NCBI RefSeq assembly: GCF_016433145.1
Contig: NC_058133.1
Coordinates: forward strand, 174,144,629-174,208,628
DNA: 64,000 nucleotides
Source of the DNA: Gracilinanus agilis
Taxonomy: Eukaryota
Direction: 5' to 3'
Made by a program: the position numbers and the translations under genes. The notes under the pieces are model-generated. The model was not told where the DNA came from and did not search any database. It saw only the letters and a list, made by a program, of their open reading frames with translations. Positions 48,579 through 61,622 of the stretch are shown piece by piece; the stretch's first letter is position 1, and every line of letters starts with the position of its first letter.

Positions 48579-48961
48579 GCCTGGGAATTGAACATTTGTA
48601 GAGTCCATTTGCCTTGGTAGAACTTTAGAAAGTAAAAGCCATAAAATATTTAAAAGTTGTCTAGTCCCACTAGTTTAGAATAGTGGCTAGACCTGGGGTC
48701 AAATCTCATCTCAGATGCTTAATAACTGGGCCTCGTTTACCTGGTTAGTCTAATGAGGGAATTGGATTTAGGACTTCTTAGGTTCCTTCAAGTTCTAAAT
48801 CTCCAGTCCTGAGAACCCTCTTGTTTTACAGAGGAGGAAGATGAAGTCCAAAAAAGATTGTGTAAGGCCAATTAGGAGAGTTAGGGATCAAGTTGGACTC
48901 AAATTTGATTCTTCTCCATTCCAATCCAATATTCTTTACATTATTCCATGGGCTTCTTCCT

Positions 48962-49690
48962 TGTAGGCAAGTAGACTTCCTTACTCAGATGAAGTTAGAT
49001 AGATTGGAGCACTGCCTTCTCCCTCTCATGTAGCCCCATCCTGACCTATATGGGGATATCCCCTGCAATGTGGAAACCATGTAGAAACTAAGTCCCTGAA
49101 TTTGATGATTCTAGAACAGTTTAGATCTCCTGCTCTGTTGGATCCTCTCCAGAGTTAATCCTAAAAGGAAGGAAGATCACATCAGTTAATCCTAAAAGGA
49201 AGGAAGATTGGAAGAGTGGAGTCATCCAAACTTTTAGCCAGTATTCCCATAGAACCCCACCATTAGATTCCTTCAGAGAAGGCAATCTAGGACTTGATTA
49301 TTAGTTTATATTTAGAAATAGGTGGAGAAAAGGAGGAAAACCTTTTAGATTAGACCTGCCAAGCTCTGAGTCTTTGGATTTTTTCCTGAATGGTAGACTT
49401 ACTACGGCCCTCTTTAAAATCCTAGTTGGGGGACCGGAGTGTCCCCAGACAGCATACCAACGACCCTGGAGGAAAATCTCAAGAGAGCCAGTCTTCTCTC
49501 TCTTAGGTATCAGAGAGTACTTACCCCATAAAAATTAAGTGTTTTTACTTAAAGACCGTCTGTGGAGGGAAACCGGAGAGATTTAACCCTATCGGGTTGC
49601 TGCCCCATAACCCAGAATGATGCCCTTTGAAGCCTCCTGTAGTACTTCCACTCATACCAGACCGACTTAACTTTTTTTTATGGCATTTCA
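48962..49690. mobile_element. Probable solo LTR or LTR-like block (boundaries uncertain)
   Basis: Begins TGTAGG and ends near ...GGCATTTCA; LTR-like composition; internal 25-bp direct duplication; no TSD found. Confidence 0.4.
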
Positions 49691-50086
49691 AGTTGCTTGA
49701 GGTCGCATGACTAGTATGTATCTCTGTTTAATGTAAATCAATGCTAGTTTACAAAATTTGGATTAATGTTAGTTTAGAGACTTTTTTCCCCTTATGCCTC
49801 ATTTTCTCTCTTGCTTGAAGTTTTTATCTCCCTTTCCCCCTTGCCAAATCCATTTTCTTGTCTTTCTGACATGTTTGAACAAGTAATCTCTATGATTAGG
49901 ATTTTTTTTTAAACTATACTGCTTTAACTAGGAGGTAAAATAGTATCTGGTTGCTAGAGAAGTCTTTCATGTTGTTTGTTTTTAAAAATACATTCTTTAC
50001 CAGCAGAAGTCAAATCTGTACTTATCACAAACCAGAATAGGTCATTGAAGACATTTTTATTTCTCCCATTTAAAATGTGATATTTT

Positions 50087-50290
50087 GGAGGCAGCTAGGT
50101 GACTTAGTGATTTGAGAGCCAGGCCTAGAGACAGGAGGTCTTGGATTCAAATTTGGCCTCGGACACTTCTAGCTATGTGACTCTGGGCAAGTCACTTAAT
50201 CTGCATTGCCTAGTCCATACCACTCTTATGCCTTAGAACCAATACACAGTATTGATTCTAAGATGGAAAATGAGGGTTTAAATAAGTAAA
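50087..50290 (+). mobile_element. SINE1_Mdo-like SINE
   Basis: ggaggcagctaggtgacttagtgatttgagagccagg...aaccaatacacagtattgattctaagatgg. Confidence 0.88.
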
Positions 50291-51489
50291 TTTAAAAAAT
50301 GTGATATTTTCTGGTTCCATTTCTTTTTCTTAGTACTTTCCTGTTTTGAGGAGGTTGCTCTAGTTTTAGTCATCTAGTATGTTATAAAAGCATCATTACA
50401 AATTTCAAAAAAACTCGGATTTGGCTTAGAAAGAAAACCGAACAGCTTATTGATATTTAAAGCCAACAGCCAAGAATGTTTGGGATATATATTCCTATTC
50501 CCATCTTCATCTCTTTATTTGATAGAAAAACCCGATTCCCACTCCCCTTCTTTAATACTCTTTACCATCAGTAATTTCATTCCTGACTTATCTTATCTTA
50601 ATTAGGCAGACCACAGAACTGAAACTGAATAGTCAAGTCCTGCCTCCGGGTCCCCTAACACATCAAGGGCAGAACCTGGATAAATGTTCCACCTTCAAAG
50701 AGACCCCTAGACCAGCTTCTTTAGTTTCTGAATTCATCTTTGACCACCAAAGTTTAGCACAACTTAAGTTTAGATTTTCCACACTTCATTTATCTTGGGC
50801 GCCCTGAGTTTGGAAACCATCAGGTGAATCTTTGTCAAAATGCTGGTGCTCAGAGGCTTGTGGAGTATTCCCAGAATCCATGAGTCTTGGTGTCTTTCCT
50901 CATCAGATAGATGCATCCTGGCCCCCCATAGTGTAGATGTGAGTGTTGTAATCTGAGAAGAGCTGGGTTTCTATGTCTCTGATATGGTTGGCCCAAGTGT
51001 CAAGTGTTGGATTGAGCGAGACAGTATTCACCAGAGAACTCCTCGTTCTTCATGCACTCTTTCACTTGGAGAGAAGTACACTGTGTGCAGGAGGTCTTGG
51101 GAACTAAGAGTTACTCCTAACAGGAAGGGTCTTTTTGTGGCCTTTCTCTTAGCAATTTAGAACAGGAGCCTGCCTTCCAAACTTTTAGTAACCAGCACCT
51201 AATAAACATACAAATGGGAGGCCATGCCATGATAATAACAAGGTTGGAGGCCTGGTTTTGTCATCTTGCCAAGCCTTTTGATATTGATTTGGCCCTTCAC
51301 TTGGGCAATGAGAAATGACCCACTTTGACCCTCTCTCCCAGAGTAAGGTCTGGCTGCCTCTGGCCTTTCTTGTTCATAAATTCAGTCACAGCACACTGAC
51401 TCTGGTTTGTCAATCAATCAATCAGAATGTTCATTAAGTATTTACTATGTGCTCGGTGCTATACTAAGTGCTAGGTATACACAAATATG

Positions 51490-51491
<2 letters not shown>

Positions 51492-51545
<54 letters not shown>
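51492..51545. repeat. (TG)n(TA)n compound microsatellite within an L2 3' end
   Basis: Direct inspection; flanked by caatcaatcagaatgttcattaagtatttactatgtg. Confidence 0.95.
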
Positions 51546-52380
51546 ACATTATGTACACATATACACATTTATTTTTGTGTGTTTATATATATATATACAC
51601 ATGGTTCCTGCCCTTAAGGAGCTTATATTTTAATGGTTTCTCATTGATGCTATATGTCCTATTTCATATCATTCTTAGTCAGTGCAGGTCCATTTATCCT
51701 GAGGGGAGCAAACTCTTGTTCTGCCTAGTTTTAGCTTAGCCTTCCTTCTTGCCAGTGATGTACCAGGTTTATCTGTAAAGGGATACTACTCAGGATCATA
51801 GATCTAGAGCTAGGCCTAGGAGGATCTAGGAGGGAACCTTAGAACATATCTAGTCCAATCCGCTCATTTATAGTTGAGGAAGCTGAGGCCTCTACTATAG
51901 GGTTTAGTAAGACTCTGTTCCTTCCTATCCATGTGATCTTGGACAAGTCAATTAATTCCTCAAGTTGAACTTAATCTCTGAAGTCATTTCTAGTTCGCGA
52001 TCTAGAATCTTATGATCTGGGTTTGAATTCTAGCTCTGATAGTTTGAAGCTGTGTGACTATACAAGTCTTCCCCTTGGAAAAATGGATATAAGTACTGCT
52101 CACCTCACTGAGCTGCAAGAATAATCTTTTTATAAACTGTAAAACTACATAAATATGAGGCCTTATTTATTATTATGATACCACAACACAGTGTGCTTTC
52201 CTCATATCTACCTGAGAATCCAAAAATAGACTATTTTGCCATCTTTGTCAGTAACCTGCTCTTTTTATTCAAGACTGATGGCCACAAATTCTTGTCTTTG
52301 AAATTGCTGCAACAATGACAAATCATTTAACCTCTCTCAGCCTCAATTTCCTTATCTGTAAAAGTAAAGGGGTGGGGGTG

Positions 52381-52590
52381 GGGGAGCAGCTAGGTAGCTC
52401 AGTGGATTGGGAGCCAGGCCTAGAGACGGGAGGTCCTAGGTTCAAATCTGAGCTCAGACACTTCCCACCTGTGCGACCCTGGGCAAGTCACTTGACCCCC
52501 ATTGCCTACCCTTACCATTCTTCTGCCTTGGAGCCAATACACAGTATTGACTCCAAGATGGAAGGTAAGGGGTTTAAAAAAAAAAAAAAA
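52381..52590 (+). mobile_element. Young SINE1_Mdo-like SINE with a 16-bp TSD (one mismatch), inserted in a MIR
   Basis: aaaagtaaaggggtgg (52360-52375) and aaaagtaaagggttgg (52588-52603); near-consensus body. Confidence 0.93.
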
Positions 52591-55500
52591 AGTAAAGGGT
52601 TGGACTAAATAGCATATAAGGTCTTTTCCACATGTTATGAAGGAGATAGTGTAAGTACTTTTTTCCATACACCCCCCCCCCCATTTTACAGATGAGAAAA
52701 CTGAAATGTTAAGTGACTTAACATAGGCTGGGCATTTTCTATATGATTCTTTTTTTATTTCCCCTAGTTGGAAATGTATAAGTAGTACTCTTCATTATGA
52801 CACATAGCCTATACCATTTTGTTTTGTGACTATATATATATCCCTTCTCACCTGCCAAATTCTAAACCCCTAGAATGAGGAAAGCATATCTTCTTACATT
52901 TTTGTATCCATCATAATATCCGGTATAATACCTAGTATCTAATAGTTTCTCAATAAATTTTTATTGATTAAATGCATGAAAAAAGATGACCAGGTGATAC
53001 TTCGCTTCCAAGCAATGATTCTCTAAATAAATAATGTATTGTAAGTGCTTTAAGATCATCTGGTAGAATGTCAGACTTGGGAGTTTCAAGAGAAGTGTGA
53101 ATTACACAGCCACCAATTCTGAAATTTGGGAAGCTGAGTGTAAGTCCTTGTGTTTTCATAAAGAAAAACTACCCCATTTGGCTCCAAATAGATACTTGTA
53201 TATCTAGTGTGACTAACATGTGGTTTTGTAGGTATAATGCTTTAAAATGGGGCTATATCATACCTCTCTATTTTAATTTACAAATCTGTTCTAGACCGAC
53301 AGATGTTAAGCTCAAGATGTCTTGAGCTTCTGGGGATTCTCATTTCATTTCTGATTAAAAGATGCTTTTTTCTTAAATCCAAAGGAACTGTGACCACAGC
53401 GATCCTCTCCTAAACTACTTGCTTTAATGCCAATGCTCTGTAGGATTTTAGCTTCTGGGAAGGAGTACCAGGGCCTTGAAATCTATCTCAACTGCTTGCA
53501 CCCATTTCATATTTCAAAAGATACTGGGAAATGAAGGGCAAACAGAAATTCAGCATTAAAAAAAAAAGACTAGTGTATGGACTTTACATATTGATTCAAC
53601 AAAATTTCTAAACAATAGTATGTAATGATATAATCTGTGCTATCACCCTTAAAATTAACATGTATTACTTTATATATACTTAATACTTATTTATCATCAT
53701 GCATATTGTATCCTACCAGGAGAATATAAACTCTTTGAGGGCAAAGACTATTGTTTTTCTCTTTATGTCCATAGCACCTAGCACGATACCTGGAACATAT
53801 AGATGATGTATAATCAATGCTCATTTAATTGAACTGAAGTAATGCCAGGTTTTGTTTTTTGGGTTTTTTTTTCCCTGTCAAGTAGAACATAAAATATCAC
53901 ATAAATGATGATTGTAATAAAGAGCCTTACGCTGTGCTTAGCTCTGGAGGTACATAGATGAAACAAGACACAACAATGTACAAATATGGAATAGTTGTTC
54001 CCCTAGATCTAACTAAATCTTTGAGGAATGTAAATGTTTCTACCAGTTACAAACCTAATGAACATTACAGTTACTTAAGTTCATCATTTTAAGAAATTAC
54101 TTGAACAAAAGAATGGACAGATTCCTACAGATCCAATCTACAGTATCATCTTCCTCTTGAAAGCGCTGACAGTATTCGAGAGCCCTGAAATTCAGCCAGC
54201 TTAATGACCCAGAGTTATGGTCAGTGTTCCCGTATGTTTTGCACTTTGTTCTCTTCTTAGACTCCAGCTCTGACTTTAATAGCACTCTGGCCGCCAGCCC
54301 CTGTCCATAGGAATTGAAAAGTTTGGGGGATTTTTTAAATACTAGAGAAACTGAGGTTCTCTAATTCAATCATGGGCTTTTCTTAAGTTACTGACTGGCT
54401 ACTGTAGAAACTGGCCTCTCAAGAAAGCCAATCCATCAGCAAAGGAATGTTAAGTAAAAGATTTCAGTTCTCTAGCCATGGGAGCAATCTCCCTTTTTCT
54501 TCCCATCTTTTATAGCCCCTTCATCAGAAGAGCCTTGGATTCTCTTCTCAGGCACTATCCCTAGACTTGGCAGCTGTCCATTTGCTGACCTGGAACACTC
54601 TGGATCCTCTTAGCTGTTTTTACTATTCCCTTTTCCTTCCTCCAAAGATTATCATGTGTATATGGATTCATTTACAAGTTGTAAATGTAAGTTCCTGAGG
54701 GCTGGGTCTGTCCAATTTTTGGTTTTGTATTCCCAGCACCTGGCACATAGTAGGTGCTTGGTAAATGCTTGTTGTTTAATTGGATTGAATTCTCCATGAA
54801 TCCCAGAATCTCTCTGGCTAATTTTTGGTCCTTTCAAAGGGCTTCTGAGTCTGTCTTCTTTAGATTGTGTAAGTTTATTAGATATTGAGGTGAATATCAG
54901 GGACCAGATGTTATTGTAGCTTTGGACTAGTCTCCTACATGTAGAAATCGTTCTACCAGTGCACTTTGGAATCAGTTTGGGCTTTCCCTCCAAATAATTC
55001 ACAGAACACACTAGTAAGGCCTTGTCGTTTTAAACATTACAAGTGTCTACTGTTTTTCAAGAAAGAGCCTGGGAGACTTCTAGACCTTAGCGTAGGCAAA
55101 CTAGAACTGAAAGGGCTGGCTAAAAATATAAATTTAAGGTCATCTGTTTTCACTGACACAAAAGTCTATGGAAAACGAGTGAGCCAGCCTCATGTTTTCT
55201 GAAATACAAAATTTTTTACAGTGGGAATGTGTTATAAAACGCCCTGCCACTGTTGTTTCCCTTGGGATTTAGGGCGAGAGACAAGAAGGCTGACAACTCT
55301 CTTCCTGTTGTCAGAGCTTCAAGGAACTCTGTAATCTTCCCACCAGCTTTACTCTCTCCTGGAACTCACGGATAAAATTAGCTGCTGGCCCCACTTCAGT
55401 AGTGGAGATTTTGAAAGCTTTCAGAAGCTCAGTCAGTCAAACAACGGCAGCAGACTGCTTTCTCACAGTACCACTTTGGGATCTACTTTGTACAGAGTAG

Positions 55501-56579
55501 CCTGGGATGGTAAACTGATGGGCGCCTGACATGAGTGTCATAAATCATCAACATTAAGAATGCCCACAGGGAGGGACAAAGAAGAATCATCTTTGTGGGG
55601 AATGGCCCCATTGGTGTTTCTGAAGATTTTTTTCCTCTTAGATTTGTGTGACTGCTTTGTGACAGTTTTAAGCCAAATAAGCTCTATTTGGAAGGGCTAA
55701 AGACCCCCACTTAACACTCCTTTTCCGACATGGATTCCAGTTGTCCATAGGAGGAAAAAAAGGTGGAAAGGGGGGCAGGGAGGAATCATTTGGGGACTGA
55801 CAACTCCCCTAAACCAGAACTGAACACATTTATCCAATTTGACACGTGTTGCCTCTGAGTCCCAGAAAGAGACTGAAATGCCTCAGTCAGAGAATTAAAA
55901 AGGCCAAGGACTGAAACCAGACTAAGGGAGGCCAGCCCATTAGTGAATCGCCAGCGGGGGTGGGGGACAATGGGTATTATTGAAGGTTGAATCAAGAATG
56001 AACTAGGAGGGAATGTTACCCAGGAAAATCCCTCCCCTACCCCCCCCAGCCACCACCAATAGCTTTGGATCCCAGGGTACAGTTAAGGAGATGGGGTTCT
56101 GCTTAGTCTCCGCTTCAGGATGCTGTGCCCTGACCCTTTATAAGTCAGCCTTGCTTGATTACTCTTTTTATTCAAGACTCAAAACAGCTTGTAAAGTTTT
56201 TTATCATTCCTTCCCAGATTGTGTGGGCCACACTGAAGCTTTAGCTTTTCTTTTGTCCACATCTGTTTTCCAACCTCATTACTCTTCTGTTATTACATAG
56301 GAGTTGTTTTTTTTTTAAGGGAACGAAAGAAGAGAGTTGTTTATTTCTATTCTGCAAAGGTTTTGTTTTCTCTTTTAAAGTCTCAGCATCCTCTACTAAA
56401 TCAAATAATTTTACTCTGAAACAAGGAAATGGCTCTCTTCCTAGTATTAGGATTCGGTATTGCCCACAGCTTCTTCCTTGAGTAGTGAGGTTTTTAGGCC
56501 ACATTTTACTTTGTCATGAGCAATCTGTGGTTTTTCAGCATCTCATTTTGGTGTTAGACTATTGCCTCATTGTTAGACT

Positions 56580-56760
56580 CTTTGTAGAAAGACAGGAGAG
56601 CCAGGCCTAAAGATGGGAGGCCCTGAGATCAAATTTGACTTCAGACACTTCCTAGATGTGTGACCTTGGGCAGGTCCCTTAACCCCCATTGCCTAGCCCT
56701 TACTTCTCTTCTGTTTTAGAACCAGATACACAGTATTGATTCTAAGATAGAAGATAAGAG
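56580..56760 (+). mobile_element. SINE1_Mdo-like SINE, 5'-truncated, running into a gap
   Basis: gagagccaggcctaaagatgggagg...gatacacagtattgattctaagatagaag. Confidence 0.85.
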
Positions 56761-56771
56761 GAGCGAGAGGG

Positions 56772-56909
56772 NNNNNNNNNNNNNNNNNNNNNNNNNNNNN
56801 NNNNNNNNNNNNNNNNNNNNNNNNNNNNNNNNNNNNNNNNNNNNNNNNNNNNNNNNNNNNNNNNNNNNNNNNNNNNNNNNNNNNNNNNNNNNNNNNNNNN
56901 NNNNNNNNN
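56772..56909. other. Assembly gap (138 N)
   Basis: Run of N. Confidence 1.
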
Positions 56910-57428
56910 CTGAGTATTTCTTAGTGTTTACAGAACTCACGATTTCTCATTTATTACCTGTAAATAAGGCCACTTAACAAAGTCCTGAAAGGCTTTTCTT
57001 TGTATGCTCATAAGATACCCCTATCATATACTATTTTATTGATCAATGCCTAAATATTTGTCTGTGTGTTTATATACTTGGCATTTGGGGGGGAGGAGGG
57101 GGAACAACAGGTCTTAATGAAATAACTGATCTAATCATAGAAGCCCACAGAAAAGCATGAGAGGGTTAGAAAGCACTCAAAAGGAAAGATTCCAGAATAA
57201 CTTTGAAGATGTGCTTAAAGGACACAACTAATACACCTCAATGGACCATTACAAGAGGAAGAAAAATAGCATTGCTTAGCAGGCTGATAAATATGAATCT
57301 CACTATTAAATAGACTCATCACAAAGAGTCCTGCTATGTCCAGTATTTACAATATTTGATTACATTTCACTTATAAGTAGCTTTAAGAAATGTTGACAAA
57401 GACAAGGGCCTGCCTGAAACTACATTAC

Positions 57429-57429
<1 letters not shown>

Positions 57430-57464
<35 letters not shown>
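57430..57464. repeat. Poly(A) run of about 35 nt with no recognisable attached element
   Basis: Direct inspection. Confidence 0.95.
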
Positions 57465-57466
<2 letters not shown>

Positions 57467-57865
57467 ACAAGGGATCTAACCATGCATATGTTTGTCTTTT
57501 TATCTACTTTTATGTACTCAGGAAGCAACTCAGCCAAAGTGTCATCTTCAAATGTGAATAAAAAATATGTATATCTGTCTATGTATAAGATCTCTTACTA
57601 AATCTGGTTTTAGGATGTTATTAGATCTTTGGGTATTTGAGTCTATGCTAAAATAGCTTTCCTACTAACTGATCCATTTGCAAACTGGAAGGAATAATCT
57701 AACTAAATGGAAAGGAAAAACTTAGTTAAAAGGCCTTTTTAAATTTAATTTTGAAACATGTAGTTAAATCTCAAATTAATAAGTTCAAGGATAAAATTAC
57801 TCCTTTTTAATATTTTATTAATACTTTTTATTACATTATGGTGTATTTTTTACACCATAATGGTN

Positions 57866-57950
57866 AAAGAAAGAAAAAGGAAAGAAGGAAGGAAGGAAGG
57901 AAGGAAGGAAGGAAGGAAGGAAGGAAGGAAGGAAAAAAGGAAGGAAGAAA
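57866..57950. repeat. (GAAG)n microsatellite
   Basis: Direct inspection. Confidence 0.95.
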
Positions 57951-58284
57951 TCATTGAGTTGGGAATAGAATTCTGGACTCAGAACTGAGAGAGACCTAGG
58001 TTCAAATCCTGACTGAAGCTTAAGATCCTGGGCAAGTGGCTTAACACCTCTGATGCTAAGGATCTTCATCCATAAAGTAATACTAACACCTAGTAATACT
58101 AACACAGGGGTGGTAGTGAGACCATATATATATAAAGTGCTTTATTAGCCTCATGGCAAGATATAAACATTAGTAGTTATTATATAAAGCATGCAATTGT
58201 CACATGGCTCTTTTGGTTAATGGCGATTGCAAACGTGGCTTTCAAATCATGTAAATTGTGAATAGCACTATGGGTTTTTTTTTA

Positions 58285-58490
58285 AGACTTGGCAAATAGA
58301 ATCCAGGAGGAATAGCTTAAGGAATTGAGGTTATTTATCCTGGCAAAGAGAAAGCAAGGGGAATGCTTAAGATCAGGCTTCCAGGATACTAGCATTTCTG
58401 TTAGAAGCAGTTGTCCTTCTATGCAAAGAGCTAATGCATTTAAATTGCCACAGTAGGAAGGAACTCCTTGACTGAGAGCAATGAGTCTAG
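58285..58490 (+). mobile_element. Degraded L3/CR1 3' fragment
   Basis: gaggaatagcttaaggaattgaggttatttatcctggcaaagagaaag. Confidence 0.55.
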
Positions 58491-59199
58491 AGTAATAACT
58501 CACATTTATATATTACTTTACAGTTTGTAAGATGCATTCCTTATACTAACCCCATGAGGGAGGTAGTAGATTACAGTCTTCTCCATTTTACAAATGAGGA
58601 AACAATAATTAAGTGACTTGCCCAAGGTCCCTTGACTTGCATCAAAGTGTTCTGACTTCAAGAACACTCCTTGTTCCACTACACTCTTGCATGTTACCAG
58701 GAGCCATTGTAGGAGCTTTCTCCTTTTTCTCTTGGAATACACTAGACATCTGTTAGATTAGACTGTTTATATGCAGCCTTCCTGAGGCAAAGTGATTAAT
58801 TTCTGCCCTGTAGCAGTTCTAGCTCGGTGATTTGGTAATTTTTTTTTCCTTTAAGGATCAGTATTCTTATGAGAGAAGAAAGATGAAGATAATTTTCCTT
58901 GGAAGATATTTGAGACCAAAATCCTGCTTCTGCAGGCCTGATTTCTACTGTGCCTCTTTGGCTACAATTCATGTTGACTTTAAGTAAGGATTGCCAATTC
59001 ATGCCCAAACTTTGTGGTTAGTGAAAACAAGCTCATTTAATATAGGAATAAACTTCAAACTCCTGCCGTTGAAATCCATCAAGATTTCCTTCCATCAAGC
59101 AGTAACTGCCAAGTGTATTTGATGCTCTGCTGGGCATATTGGAGCTTATTATGGATATCACATAAGATGATATCCCATACATTTGGGGCTTTCCTGTTC

Positions 59200-59730
59200 T
59201 TGTTGGTGAGTTGTTTCAGTTATATCTGACTCTTTGTAACCTATTTGGGATTGGCTTGGCAGAGATACTGAAGTAGGTTTGCCATTTCCTTCTTTACCTC
59301 ATGTTACAGATGAGGAAACTGATGTAAATAGGGTTAAGCGACTTGCCCAGGATCACACAGCTAGGAACGGTCTAAAGCCAGATTTGAACTCAGGTCTTCC
59401 TGACCACAGGTCTGGCACTCTATCCACTGTGCCACCTAGCTACCTAAGCTAAAAGCTGTAGCATCTGTCACCTCCTCTTTTTTCCCCACTGCTGTAGCCC
59501 TAGTTCTTATTTAATCACTCTTTCAAATCATGGCTGACTGTTTATGACCTCATTTAGAGTTTTCTTGTCAAAGATATTAGAGTGGTTTGCCACTTTCTTC
59601 ACTAGCTCATTTTATAGATAAGGCAACTGATGCAAGTAAAGTGACTTGCCCAGAGTAACATGCTATTGTGTCTGAGACCATATTTGAACTCAGTTCTTCC
59701 TGACTCTTAAGTCCAGTACTCTCTATCCAC
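59200..59730 (-). mobile_element. Two MAR1/MIR-type SINEs in tandem (about 59200-59445 and 59520-59730)
   Basis: Two copies of ...gatactgaagtaggtttgccatttcc / gatattagagtggtttgccactttc...tttacagatgaggaaactga. Confidence 0.8.
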
Positions 59731-60399
59731 TGCTTCTGTTCTTGAAGTAATGAATTACTAAAATATACCTTCTCCTTAATGTCCAACCTTGGCCCCAGAG
59801 AAGAGATCTGAAAATGCACTACTTCCTTTTCTTCGAAGAAGTGGAGGTGACTGTGAGTAGAGTACTTTAGATTATGTCAGGCTTTTTCAATTAGTTTGTT
59901 TATTTTACTGAACTTTTTTCCTCCTCCTATTCTTTGTTATAGTAGTTCTCTCACATGGGGAGAGGGATTAACTAGGAAATATATGTGAGACAGAAAGAAA
60001 AGACAGCAATAACAATTTATTTTTTTAAATATAGTCCCTCTATGATAATAAGATATGTTGCCAAATTTGATCCAGGTAAAACTCAGCTCTGCTGTCAATT
60101 GTCTGTGCTCTCTCCTTTGCAAAGTTACTTTGCATTTGGATGTCTGTTAATGGACTGTATCCTCTCAGAAAAATGTAAGCTCTTCATAGTAACTGGCACA
60201 AAATTGGTGCTTAGTAAGTATTTATTGAATGAAATTGAATTTAACTGGCAAAAACAAACAAACAAACAAAAACAACCAAGCCTCATCTTTAAGATGTTAC
60301 TTCTTGAGTTTCTCTCTCATGGGACCACTGACTGATACATTTTTCTGTTGATTATTGATGTGTGTTTAATAAGTACTATAAAGGTCTTTTGAGAACATG

Positions 60400-60640
60400 G
60401 GCTAGAAAAGGAAAAAAACTGGTCCTATAGCAAGAGTGAAAGAAAACAAAATATTGGTCCAACAGGGTAGCACTGGTCCCTATGTGATGTTAAAATAACT
60501 AGAAGGTCTCATAAGCATTTGGTAGTCCTCTGTGGAGAACTTATAGGAAGATATGCACAAGAATTACATAGAGTAAGAAGGCATGGCAGGGTCATGGCGT
60601 ACACTGATGGAGGACATAGCCTTATGAATGAGATCATGTG
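60400..60640 (+). mobile_element. RTE-clade LINE/SINE 3' fragment
   Basis: cactggtccctatgtgatgttaaaataactagaagg...ctctgtggagaacttataggaagatatgcacaaga resembles the marsupial RTE 3' end. Confidence 0.6.
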
Positions 60641-60799
60641 TCTATCCAAGCACTACTTTGGTAGAAAAATTGGTTGAAGTTTTATAAGCAAATGGTGCCA
60701 GTGGTGTACACTAAGCATGTGTTTGTTTTGGGATAGATCTCTTTTGTTATTCATAGACTTGTAGGGTAATGGTATTGTTGTTTGAAGAGCAAGTCCTGG

Positions 60800-60978
60800 G
60801 AATAGCTAGATAGCATAGTAGATAGAGTGCCAGGCCTGGAGTCGGGAGGACCTGGGTTCACATCTGATCTTAGACACTTCCTACCCATGCACTCACTGAA
60901 ATCCAGTTGCCTAACCCTTACCACTCTTTTGTCTTAGAATACCAATTCATATCAATTAAGGTAAGGTTAAAAAAAAAA
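60800..60978 (+). mobile_element. Marsupial tRNA-derived SINE
   Basis: gaatagctagatagcatagtagatagagtgccaggcctggagtcgggaggacctgggttc; candidate flanking repeat aagagcaagtcct at about 60784 and 60978. Confidence 0.88.
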
Positions 60979-61531
60979 GAGCAAGTCCTTATACTTCAAA
61001 TCAATTTATTAAATGCCTACTGTTGGCATATCACTGCTAGGTACTAGGAATATAAAGAAAGAAACAAAAAAGCACAGACTTAAATGAGCTGAGCTTCTAC
61101 TGGACAAATACAAAACATAGACAGGTAAGTAAATGCAAGGTATATGTATTTAAGTCACACACCTGTTGAAGAAGAGAGAACACTAATGGGAGAGTAGGAA
61201 CCAGTAAAGTAACCTTTGTTAACTATGAGAGAATTTTGGTGTGCAGGTAGGTTCCTTGTTGCCTTAATCATCAGGATAATTTGTCACAATTTTAGTGGTG
61301 GAAATGACACTCAACACTGAGAAAATATGAATGACTAAACTCCATTCTCCCCAAACCCCAAAGACTTAAAAGGAAGTTCAGCTACAAACAGCCTCCAATA
61401 CTGAGAATCATCTTATCCTTATTTGTGGGGGGGTTTGAAAGTTATAACGGGGCCTTTATTTTAATGTTCATTTTCCTAAATAAGTTGTATTGATGCTTTT
61501 TGATGTTATATCACATTCATTTCTGAATATC

Positions 61532-61534
<3 letters not shown>

Positions 61535-61580
<46 letters not shown>

Positions 61581-61622
61581 AGAAGAAGGAGGGAGGGAGG
61601 GAGGGAGGGAGGGAGGGAGAGG
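61535..61622. repeat. (GA)n followed by (GGGA)n
   Basis: Direct inspection. Confidence 0.97.

Noticed and set aside
50790-51050. Minus-strand open stretches (…DTWANHIRDIETQLFSDYNTHIY…) as a decayed gene or viral element
   Set aside because: Broken by a frame change at a C6 run, and no motif is recognised.
54097-54285. 62-aa minus ORF (…ALEYCQRFQEEDDTVDWICRNLSILLFK) as a coding exon
   Set aside because: Splice sites are only moderate, the peptide is unrecognised, and it does not join in frame with the other candidate exons.
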